Source: Candidatus Margulisiibacteriota bacterium
GTDB lineage: Bacteria > Margulisbacteria > WOR-1 > O2-12-FULL-45-9 > XYB2-FULL-48-7
Direction of reading: 5' to 3'
Assembly: GCA_041650855.1 (NCBI GenBank)
Contig: JBAZKJ010000002.1
Span: 284,280 to 348,279 of the forward strand
DNA length: 64,000 nt
The notes under the pieces are model-generated. The model was not told where the DNA came from and did no database searches. It saw only the letters and a list, made by a program, of their open reading frames with translations. Positions within the stretch are counted from its first letter, which is position 1, and every line of letters starts with the position of its first letter. Of this stretch, positions 48,105 through 55,879 are shown piece by piece. A program made the position numbers and the translations under genes.

Positions 48105-49305
48105 AAATATCTTCCGTAATTTCCGGCGGACGCTGTTGACCCTGTCGGCGCTGGCCTTTGCCATTTTAATGTTGATCATCTTCGATTCTTACTTTAAAGG
48201 CCTCGATCTTAAAACCTATGAGAAAATAATCAATTACGAAAACGCCCACCTCAAGTATTTTCCGCAAGGTTACAAGGAAGATATCGATAATTTGCCCATC
48301 GAGAAAGCTTTTGACCCGGCGCCGGTGCTGGCGGTCTTGCGGGCCGACCCGCTGGTCCAGGCGGCGGCGCCCCGGCTCAGCTTTCGTTCGACGTTGTCAA
48401 ACGGCGTCGACCAGTTGCCGGCCGTCGGGTTGGCGGTCGATCCGGCCCAGGATCAGACCGTTTTTACGATGAAGCAAGCGGTTAATCAGGGAGAGTATCT
48501 GGCTGGGGCCGAAGAAGCAATGGTCGTTGGCGCTGACTTGGCGAAGGATTTCAATGTTAGTCCGGGTGATATGCTGACCGTTCTCTGCCGGACCAAGTAT
48601 TCGACTTTCCAGGCGCTCGATCTGCCAATTAAGGGGGTTATCAAGAGCGATGACTATGCCATTGATACGAACTCGATCATTGTCCCCCTGGGGTTGGCCC
48701 AACAAGCGCTGGATCTGGGGCAGGGTGTGACCGAAGTTAATATTTTACTGAAAGATGTCAAACAGATCGACGCTTTTAAGAAGCAATACGCTGGCCGCTT
48801 CCCCGGCTTGGAACTCTGGACCTGGAAAGAAGTGGCGGAAGATGTTGTCGCCCATTCCGAATCTCATGCCATGAGCAAGAACATCATTTTCGCCTGCATA
48901 ATCATTATTGCGCTGGTCGGGATCAGCAATACTATCCTGATCGCGGCGTTCGAGCGGACGCGGGAGATCGGCATGCTTGGCGCCATGGGGATGAAGCGCC
49001 GGCAGATCGTTGGGCTTTTTGTCCTGGAAGGGACGATGATCGGGGTGGTGGGGAGCGCGCTCGGTTGTCTGGCCGGATTATTGCTGGTGGTATTCTGGAC
49101 CACCCGGTTCGGTTTTGACCTTTCTTTCGCGATGAGGGACTGGGGCAATATTGGTTTTCGGACCGGAGTGTTTTTAGGCGCCTGGAATCTTGACCTGATC
49201 CCGCAGGTCTTTGGTTTCGGAGTAGTGGTCGCCTTGCTGTCCAGCATCTATCCGGCGCTGGTCGCTTCGCGCCTGGAGCCGACCGAGGCCTTGAGAAAAT
49301 ATTAG
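48082..49305 (+). CDS. ABC transporter permease, FtsX-like (type A')
   Basis: 407 aa. N-terminus MLLKLAYRNIFRNFRRT is near-identical in pattern to 44910. Confidence 0.75.
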   Translation: MLLKLAYRNIFRNFRRTLLTLSALAFAILMLIIFDSYFKGLDLKTYEKIINYENAHLKYFPQGYKEDIDNLPIEKAFDPAPVLAVLRADPLVQAAAPRLSFRSTLSNGVDQLPAVGLAVDPAQDQTVFTMKQAVNQGEYLAGAEEAMVVGADLAKDFNVSPGDMLTVLCRTKYSTFQALDLPIKGVIKSDDYAIDTNSIIVPLGLAQQALDLGQGVTEVNILLKDVKQIDAFKKQYAGRFPGLELWTWKEVAEDVVAHSESHAMSKNIIFACIIIIALVGISNTILIAAFERTREIGMLGAMGMKRRQIVGLFVLEGTMIGVVGSALGCLAGLLLVVFWTTRFGFDLSFAMRDWGNIGFRTGVFLGAWNLDLIPQVFGFGVVVALLSSIYPALVASRLEPTEALRKY

Positions 49306-49306
49306 G

Positions 49307-50530
49307 ATGAATTTTATCTTAAAGCTGGCGATCAGGAATGTTTTCCGCAATACCCGGCGGTCGATACTGACCGGCGCTTCGATCATGTTTTCGGTGGCGA
49401 TCTTGATCTTTGCCTGGTCGTTTATCGAAGGAACGGTCAAGGACATGTCCGACGCTTATATCCGGTTCCAGAGCGGGCATGTCCGGGTCTTGACCAAAGA
49501 GTTCGCCAGGCGTGAAAAGATGTTCCCGCTCCAGTATTCGATCGCCGATTATCGCGCGGTGCAGCGGCAGATCGCGGCCACTCCCGGGATCAAGACCGTT
49601 ACCGGCCGGCTCAAGTTCGGCGTCCTCTTGGATTACGCGGGGAATACCAAGCAGACGTTGGGCATGGGGATCGAACCGGCGGCGGAGGAGTCGATCCTTG
49701 AGCTTAATAAGAATATTGTGCAGGGACGGGTGATCCGCGCCGGCACAGACGAAGTCAATATCGGAGTGAACATGGCCAAGGACCTTAAACTTAAGCTGGG
49801 GGACATCTTAACGGTTGTGACCCAGACCGCCTACGGTTCCTTGAGCGCCAAGAACTTTACCGTGGTCGGGATCTTTAATTTTTCTTCGCCAACCATTGAT
49901 CGGAAGGTCTTTTTGATCCCGATCGAGAGCGCGCAGTATTTGCTCGAACTCCCGGGCAGCGCCAGCGAGATTTTCATTATCACCGAAAAAGCCGATGCCG
50001 CCCGCCGGGTGGCGTCAATGATCGCCGCCACGCTCGGACCGGGTTATAAAGTAACCGCCTGGCAGGACCAGAGCTCAATTTATATGTTTCTGGTCCTGAT
50101 CAAGTATCTGTACCTTATTATCTTGATCCTGATCGTTTTACTGTCCGCTTTTACCATTCTGAATACTATGTTCATGACGGTGCTGGAGCGGACGCGGGAG
50201 ATCGGGATGATGAAGGCGCTGGGGATGACCAACCGTCAGTTGATAATTATGGTGCTGCTGGAAGCGCTGGTGCTGGGCGCCTTGGCGAGTGTAATTGGGA
50301 TGTTTTTGGGTGCCGCTTTGAGCTACTATATGAGCATTTACGGCCTGGACGTGACTGCTTCCGTCGAGAAAATGGATTTTCCGACCTTTACTGTTTATTA
50401 CTGCGATTTCAGCTGGACCTATGTTTTCAGCGGTTTTGTGGTCGGCATGGCTTGTGCCGTATTGGCGGCGGTCTTTCCCGCTTTGCGGGCGGCAAAATTA
50501 GAACCAACGGAGGCGTTACATGAAATATAA
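49307..50530 (+). CDS. ABC transporter permease, FtsX-like (type B')
   Basis: 407 aa; paralog of 46138. Confidence 0.75.
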   Translation: MNFILKLAIRNVFRNTRRSILTGASIMFSVAILIFAWSFIEGTVKDMSDAYIRFQSGHVRVLTKEFARREKMFPLQYSIADYRAVQRQIAATPGIKTVTGRLKFGVLLDYAGNTKQTLGMGIEPAAEESILELNKNIVQGRVIRAGTDEVNIGVNMAKDLKLKLGDILTVVTQTAYGSLSAKNFTVVGIFNFSSPTIDRKVFLIPIESAQYLLELPGSASEIFIITEKADAARRVASMIAATLGPGYKVTAWQDQSSIYMFLVLIKYLYLIILILIVLLSAFTILNTMFMTVLERTREIGMMKALGMTNRQLIIMVLLEALVLGALASVIGMFLGAALSYYMSIYGLDVTASVEKMDFPTFTVYYCDFSWTYVFSGFVVGMACAVLAAVFPALRAAKLEPTEALHEI

Positions 50531-51290
50531 ACTCGCGATCCTGATGATCTGGGTGCTGGGGACCGGGTGCTGGGGGATCACGGGGGAGGAAATAATCAAT
50601 AAGGTCGACGCTAATATGACGTTCAAGACCGCCCGGTCGGAATCGAAGATGGTCATCCATGTTGATCAGGAAGTCAGGGAGAAGACGATGATCGGCTATG
50701 ATAAGGGGACCGATACGGGCTATGCTGAATTTCTCTCTCCGGCCAGGGACAAAGGGGTCAAGTACCTCAAGATCAAGGATAATATGTGGATGTACCTGCC
50801 GTCGGTCGATAAGATCATCAAGATCTCCGGGGCGATGCTCCGCCAGTCGATGATGGGCTCTGATTTTAGCTACGAGGATGCATTGGAGAGCAGCAAGCTG
50901 CTGGAAAAATACACCGCCACACTGATCTCCGAAGAGGTTGTCCCGCTTACTTTTCGCGAAGGGGAGAAGCTGGTCCGCCGCCAGCGGCGTTGCTATGTGG
51001 TTGACCTGACCGCCAAGGTCAAGGATGTCACTTATTTCCGCCGGGTCGTTTATGTCGATAAAGAACTGTTCGTCCCGGCCCGGGAAGACCTGTTCGCCCT
51101 CTCCGGAAAAAAATTAAAAGAAATGACCATGGGGGATGTGCGGCGCTATGGGGTGCGTTATTATCCGACCTACATGACGATGAGCAACCTGCTGCGGGCG
51201 AATTCCCAGACCGAACTGTTCACCACCAAGATCGAGTTCGACCTGCCTGTCGATGCCAAGGTCTTTACCCAGGGCAATTTGACAAAGTGA
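50520..51290 (+). CDS. LolA-like outer-membrane lipoprotein-sorting-family protein
   Basis: Signal/lipobox (…LGTGC), 256 aa; resembles LolA-like proteins that co-occur with FtsX/ABC modules. Confidence 0.5.
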   Translation: MKYKLAILMIWVLGTGCWGITGEEIINKVDANMTFKTARSESKMVIHVDQEVREKTMIGYDKGTDTGYAEFLSPARDKGVKYLKIKDNMWMYLPSVDKIIKISGAMLRQSMMGSDFSYEDALESSKLLEKYTATLISEEVVPLTFREGEKLVRRQRRCYVVDLTAKVKDVTYFRRVVYVDKELFVPAREDLFALSGKKLKEMTMGDVRRYGVRYYPTYMTMSNLLRANSQTELFTTKIEFDLPVDAKVFTQGNLTK

Positions 51291-52369
51291 GAAGACTGCT
51301 GGTGATAGGGGTCGGGTGGTGGATACTGGGGAGCGTGGCGTTCGGGCTGCAGCTTGCCGGTTCCTACGAGAACGACCTGCTGACCCTGCTCAAGAAGAAC
51401 GGCAGCGCCGGGCTTGGCGACCTGAACAAACTCCGGCTGAAGCTCGACCAGCAAGCCGGGGATAATTTGGCCATCCACCTTGAGCCCCGCTATTATTTCC
51501 TCGCCAAATCGCAAGCGATCTTGGTCACCGGCGCGACCGACCTGGACCAACTGGTCTTTGACCGGGCTTATGCCAAATACCGGACCGATCTTTGGTCGTT
51601 GACCGCCGGCAAACAGCGGATCGCCTGGGGGACCGGCTATATCTGGAACCCGGTCGACATTTTTAACCCGATGGTCCTCTCCTTCGCCGTCCGCGATGAA
51701 GATAAGACCAATGTCGAAGCGGTCCGCCTGGAAGTGCCGGTCGGTGAAGCGGGCGGGGTCGATGCGTTCGTAGTCGCGGGAAAACCCTGGGAGCAAACGG
51801 GGAGAGGGTTGCGGGTAAAGGGGAACACCGGATCGTTCGATCTGGCACTCAGCTACGTCGACCAGGGGACGCTCGGGCATCAGGTCGGTTTAGAAACAGC
51901 CGGCGATATCATTAAAGATGTCGGGGTAAGGGGAGAGATCGCGGTCAAGACCGTTCCGGGCCTGAACGGGTATGTCGCTCAAGCGGTCGCTGGCGGCGAT
52001 TACACGCTCGATAACGGGATCGGCCTCAACTGCGAGTATTATTACAACGGCCTTGGTAGCCGGAACAGCGGCAATTATAACTGGGGAACGGCGGAATCGG
52101 TCGGCATGGATTATCTCTATCTTAGCGGCAATAAGATCATCGATGAGATCACGACCGTTACTGTTTCCTTGTTGACCAACCTTGATGACCAGAGCTACAT
52201 GGTCTACCCGCAATACGCCCGCAATATCGGCCAGAACCTCGACTTATACCTGGAGGGGATGTGGCTGGGCGGTCCGGACGGGTCGGAATTCGTGCCGCCT
52301 TCTTCGGCTGATCCGCTCGGTTTCGGCGGGAGCAAGATGGGGCTTGTCCGGCTCGTTTACTCATTTTGA
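51287..52369 (+). CDS. Putative outer-membrane beta-barrel protein
   Basis: Signal peptide, beta-strand-rich sequence, C-terminal aromatic (…LVRLVYSF). 360 aa. Confidence 0.4.
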   Translation: MRRLLVIGVGWWILGSVAFGLQLAGSYENDLLTLLKKNGSAGLGDLNKLRLKLDQQAGDNLAIHLEPRYYFLAKSQAILVTGATDLDQLVFDRAYAKYRTDLWSLTAGKQRIAWGTGYIWNPVDIFNPMVLSFAVRDEDKTNVEAVRLEVPVGEAGGVDAFVVAGKPWEQTGRGLRVKGNTGSFDLALSYVDQGTLGHQVGLETAGDIIKDVGVRGEIAVKTVPGLNGYVAQAVAGGDYTLDNGIGLNCEYYYNGLGSRNSGNYNWGTAESVGMDYLYLSGNKIIDEITTVTVSLLTNLDDQSYMVYPQYARNIGQNLDLYLEGMWLGGPDGSEFVPPSSADPLGFGGSKMGLVRLVYSF

Positions 52370-52376
52370 CCGGCGC

Positions 52377-52405
52377 GGAACCTTTTAACCGCCCCAATTG
52401 TCCAA
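52377..52405 (+). promoter_or_regulatory. ECF (sigma-E-type) promoter GGAACC-N17-GTCCAA upstream of the ECF sigma gene
   Basis: Direct match to the GGAAC-N16/17-GTCTAA class of ECF promoters. Confidence 0.5.
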
Positions 52406-52413
52406 TATAATGT

Positions 52414-52917
52414 ATGGCAACAGCCATGGCTGCATACGAATTCGACCGAGTTTATCTGGACCACAAGGACCAGGTCTGGCGCCTGGTTAATAAATATGTT
52501 GCCGGGCAGCATGACCGGGAGGACCTTTTTCAGGAGGTCTTTCTCAAGGTCCATCAGGCCTTGCCGAAATTCCGCGGCGACTCTTCCCTGGAGACCTGGC
52601 TCTACCGGCTCACGGTCAACACGGCGATCAATTACGTCAAGAAACAGAAACGCTATAAGCTTTTTTCCGTTCTCCTGGCCGGTTTAAGGTTCGAAGAGAG
52701 CATCCCGACATCGGACGTTGAAGCGACCAGCCTGCTCAAGCCGTTAGAGAAGCTCAACCCGCGCCAGCGGACCATTTTATTGCTGGCTGACGTCGAAGAG
52801 TACAAACTCGAGGAAATCGCCCGGCTAATGGAGTTGCCGGTCGGAACGGTTAAATCAAACCTGGCCCGGTCCCGGGCGATCATGCAAAAGGAGTTGAAGC
52901 AAAATGACCGATTATAA
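52414..52917 (+). CDS. RNA polymerase sigma-70 ECF-family sigma factor
   Basis: Region 2 (…DLFQEVFLKVHQALPKF…) and region 4 (…EEIARLMELPVGTVKS…). 167 aa. Confidence 0.8.
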   Translation: MATAMAAYEFDRVYLDHKDQVWRLVNKYVAGQHDREDLFQEVFLKVHQALPKFRGDSSLETWLYRLTVNTAINYVKKQKRYKLFSVLLAGLRFEESIPTSDVEATSLLKPLEKLNPRQRTILLLADVEEYKLEEIARLMELPVGTVKSNLARSRAIMQKELKQNDRL

Positions 52918-53185
52918 CGAATACCTGAAAGAGTTGAAAAAGGTCAGGGGTCCGTTCGATTCCGATCGGCTCTACCGCGCGATCAAGCAACGGGCAACTG
53001 TTAGGTCGGTCGCCTGGGTTTGGCCGACGGCGGTCTCGCTGGCCGGCGCGGTAGCCGTGCTTTTGGTCGGCCTGGTCTTTTTTGTCAACCTGGAGACCGG
53101 CAGTGACGAGACGATCGCCAGCTACCTGAACGAAGGCCAAGCCATTAACGGCAGTCCGCTGATTAGTTATGTTTTCGGCGAGTGA
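52904..53185 (+). CDS. Putative anti-sigma factor (single TM)
   Basis: 93-aa protein overlapping the sigma gene's 3' end, with one TM helix. Confidence 0.4.
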   Translation: MTDYNEYLKELKKVRGPFDSDRLYRAIKQRATVRSVAWVWPTAVSLAGAVAVLLVGLVFFVNLETGSDETIASYLNEGQAINGSPLISYVFGE

Positions 53186-53186
53186 G

Positions 53187-53215
53187 GGAACCTTTGCGTG
53201 ACTTGGCTTGTCTAA
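53187..53215 (+). promoter_or_regulatory. ECF (sigma-E-type) promoter GGAACC-N17-GTCTAA upstream of the spy-like / tolC / macAB genes
   Basis: -35 GGAACC at 53187-53192 and -10 GTCTAA at 53210-53215. Confidence 0.55.
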
Positions 53216-53247
53216 TCTGGCAGGATGGGTTTAAAGGAGGAAATAAT

Positions 53248-53694
53248 ATGAAAGTGATAATTAAGTCGGTAGCGTTAGCCTTGCTGGTGCTGGTCTTTAG
53301 CACCGCCTCTCTGGCGGCCCCGTGGTGGGGCGGCAAAGAGAGAAAGCGCGATCCGGGCAAACAGATCGCCCAGCGGTTAAACTTAACTGCCGCCCAACAG
53401 GCGCAATTCAAGACGGCCAGGGAGAAGCTGGAAAAGGAGAACAAGCCGTTATTCGACAAGATCAAGGAGCGTTCCGATAAATTACGGAGTGAGCTGGAAA
53501 AAGACAAGCCGGACCAGCGGCTGATCGAACAGTCGATCAAGGAGATCAACGGCTGGCGGACCGAGATCGAGATCAAACGGGTCAAGTCGTTGCTGGAGCT
53601 CAAGGCCAGCCTGACGCCGGACCAGCGGCAAAAATTCCAGGGGATGATGCGGCCGCCGCGCCCGCGCGGGTTTGGCCGCGGACCGCAGAAGTGA
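53248..53694 (+). CDS. Periplasmic Spy/CpxP-family (LTxxQ) stress protein
   Basis: Signal peptide; LNLTAAQQAQFK and LTPDQRQKFQ LTxxQ motifs. AAAGGAGG RBS. Confidence 0.6.
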   Translation: MKVIIKSVALALLVLVFSTASLAAPWWGGKERKRDPGKQIAQRLNLTAAQQAQFKTAREKLEKENKPLFDKIKERSDKLRSELEKDKPDQRLIEQSIKEINGWRTEIEIKRVKSLLELKASLTPDQRQKFQGMMRPPRPRGFGRGPQK

Positions 53695-53708
53695 TAGAAT
53701 AAACCAAG

Positions 53709-54941
53709 ATGTCCTGGCAGAGAACACTGACGATCGTTTGGGCCGCTGTCTATCTGGCGGCGTCCGCCTCAGCGCTCACCTGGCCGGAAGCGCTCAAACT
53801 GGCGCAGCGGAACAATCCGGAACTAAAGAGCGCCCGCAAACAGACCGAGGTGGCGCAGTGGAGCCTGTACCGCAGCTATTCGTCTTTCCTTCCCCAACTT
53901 TCGGCCAATGCTTCGACCGGCCAGTCGACCTCAGGAACCCCGGCGACGACGGCCAACAGCTCGTCTTACGGTTTAAGCGTCTCCCAGACGCTCTTTGCCG
54001 GCCTGGATAACTATTATAGCGCCCAGTCGGCCCGGGCCAGTTACGATTATTATCAAGCGGCCCTGCAAAAAGCGGAAGCCGACGTCTATTATCAGCTCCG
54101 GCAGGCGTTCGTCGACCTGGCGCTGGCCGACGAGAACGTCACCCTCTACCAGCAAATACTGGAGCGCCGGAAAAATAACAGCGATCTGATCGGGCTCCGC
54201 TACGACAGCGGCCGCGAAGACAAAGGGGCGCTGCTGCGGACGCAAGCCGACCAGGCCGATGCCGCCGCCGCCGTGACCGCGGCGGAAAGGGCCCAGACGT
54301 TGGCCGGCCTTAAGCTTTCCCAGCTCATCTCCGCGGAAGCGGCAAAGGCCGACGGCGAACTGGCCGCCAACAGCCTGGCCGTGCCCGATTACGGCCAGCT
54401 CCTGGCGGCGGCTCCGGCCAACGCGATGAACCTGAAACAATTAGAAAGGGCCGAGATCGCGCTGCGGCAGACGATCGGCGAGTTCCTGCCGAACGTTTCC
54501 CTGAGCGGTTCGTACCGCAGAAGCGGCACCGATTGGCCGCCGCAGAGCAACAGCAACAGCTGGTCGCTGAACCTGTCTTATTCATTGTTCCCGGGCGGGG
54601 CGAACATTGCGGATCGGGTCATTTATACGGCGCAGTACGATCAGGCCAAACAGGATTTCCAGAACGCCAGCAACGACCTCCGCTACGGCTTGCAGTCCGC
54701 TTACCAGGCGCTGCTCGACGCGCTCGAGACGGAAAAGACCGCCCAGCTGTCGCTCTCTGCCGCCGCCCTGCGGGCGGAGATCGCCCGGACAAAGTACATC
54801 AACGGCCTGGTCAGCTACGACGAATGGGACCGGATCGAGAACGACTACATCAGCGCCCAGCGGAATTTATTATTACGGAAGAAAGCGGCCCTTTATGCCG
54901 AAGCGGCGTGGTACAACTCATACGGAGGTTACGTTAAATGA
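53709..54941 (+). CDS. TolC-like outer-membrane efflux protein
   Basis: Signal peptide and two OEP repeats. 410 aa. Confidence 0.7.
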   Translation: MSWQRTLTIVWAAVYLAASASALTWPEALKLAQRNNPELKSARKQTEVAQWSLYRSYSSFLPQLSANASTGQSTSGTPATTANSSSYGLSVSQTLFAGLDNYYSAQSARASYDYYQAALQKAEADVYYQLRQAFVDLALADENVTLYQQILERRKNNSDLIGLRYDSGREDKGALLRTQADQADAAAAVTAAERAQTLAGLKLSQLISAEAAKADGELAANSLAVPDYGQLLAAAPANAMNLKQLERAEIALRQTIGEFLPNVSLSGSYRRSGTDWPPQSNSNSWSLNLSYSLFPGGANIADRVIYTAQYDQAKQDFQNASNDLRYGLQSAYQALLDALETEKTAQLSLSAAALRAEIARTKYINGLVSYDEWDRIENDYISAQRNLLLRKKAALYAEAAWYNSYGGYVK

Positions 54942-55879
54942 AAATCAGAAATTTGGGGGTCTTGTTCGTCGGGGTTTTAATGCTGACTTCCTGCGCTCCT
55001 AAGAAAGAGGTCCCGCTCGAGCTGGTGAGCGCCGCCAAGGGGGATATCGAATCGAGCATCCCGGCAACCGGCACGGTGATGCCGCGCAATCGCCTGGAGA
55101 TCAAGCCGCCGGTCGCCGGCCGGATCGAATCGGTCCTCGTCAGCGAGGGGCAGGAAGTTTACAAAGGACAGATCATCGCCTGGATGAGCTCGCTCGACCG
55201 GGCGACCTTGATCGATGCCGCCCGGGCCAAGGGGGAAGAAGAGGTCAAGCGGTGGGAAGAAATGTACAAACCGACGCCGGTCATCGCGCCGATCAACGGT
55301 TTCATTATCCAGCGGGGCGTGGAAGCGGGGCAAAGTCTGACCAGTAACGACGTTGTCCTGGTGATGGCCGATAAATTGATCGTTAAGGCGTCGATCGACG
55401 AGACCGACATCGGCCGGATCAAGGTTGGCCAGCAGGTCAAGATCGTCCTAGATGCTTATCCCAAAGAAGAGATCAACGGGAGCGTGGAGCATATCGCCTA
55501 CGAATCCAAGGTCGTCAGCAATGTCACCGTTTACGAAGTGGACGTTATCCCGGATACCGTGCCGTCATTCTTCCGCGCCGGAATGAGCGCCACGGTCAAT
55601 TTTTCCCAGAACGCTCGGGCAGGGGTCCTGACCGTGCCGCTCAAGGCGATCAAGAAGCGGGGTAAAGCGGTCTACGTTTTCAAGCCGAGCGCCGATAACA
55701 AGACCGCTCAGGCAGTCCAGATCGAGACCGGGCTGGAGAACGGCGACAACATCGAGGTCATTTCCGGCCTGGCCGAGGGGGAGAAAGTGGCCGTCCCGAC
55801 CAAAGCGATGACCGACGCGCTTTCCCAGCGGCGCGGCCCGCCCAATCTGAATCCCTTCGGTACCCAGCGTAGCCGCTAA
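54938..55879 (+). CDS. macA: Efflux periplasmic adaptor (MacA/HlyD family)
   Basis: Lipobox-like LTSC, biotinyl-lipoyl and beta-barrel domains. 313 aa. Confidence 0.75.
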   Translation: MKIRNLGVLFVGVLMLTSCAPKKEVPLELVSAAKGDIESSIPATGTVMPRNRLEIKPPVAGRIESVLVSEGQEVYKGQIIAWMSSLDRATLIDAARAKGEEEVKRWEEMYKPTPVIAPINGFIIQRGVEAGQSLTSNDVVLVMADKLIVKASIDETDIGRIKVGQQVKIVLDAYPKEEINGSVEHIAYESKVVSNVTVYEVDVIPDTVPSFFRAGMSATVNFSQNARAGVLTVPLKAIKKRGKAVYVFKPSADNKTAQAVQIETGLENGDNIEVISGLAEGEKVAVPTKAMTDALSQRRGPPNLNPFGTQRSR

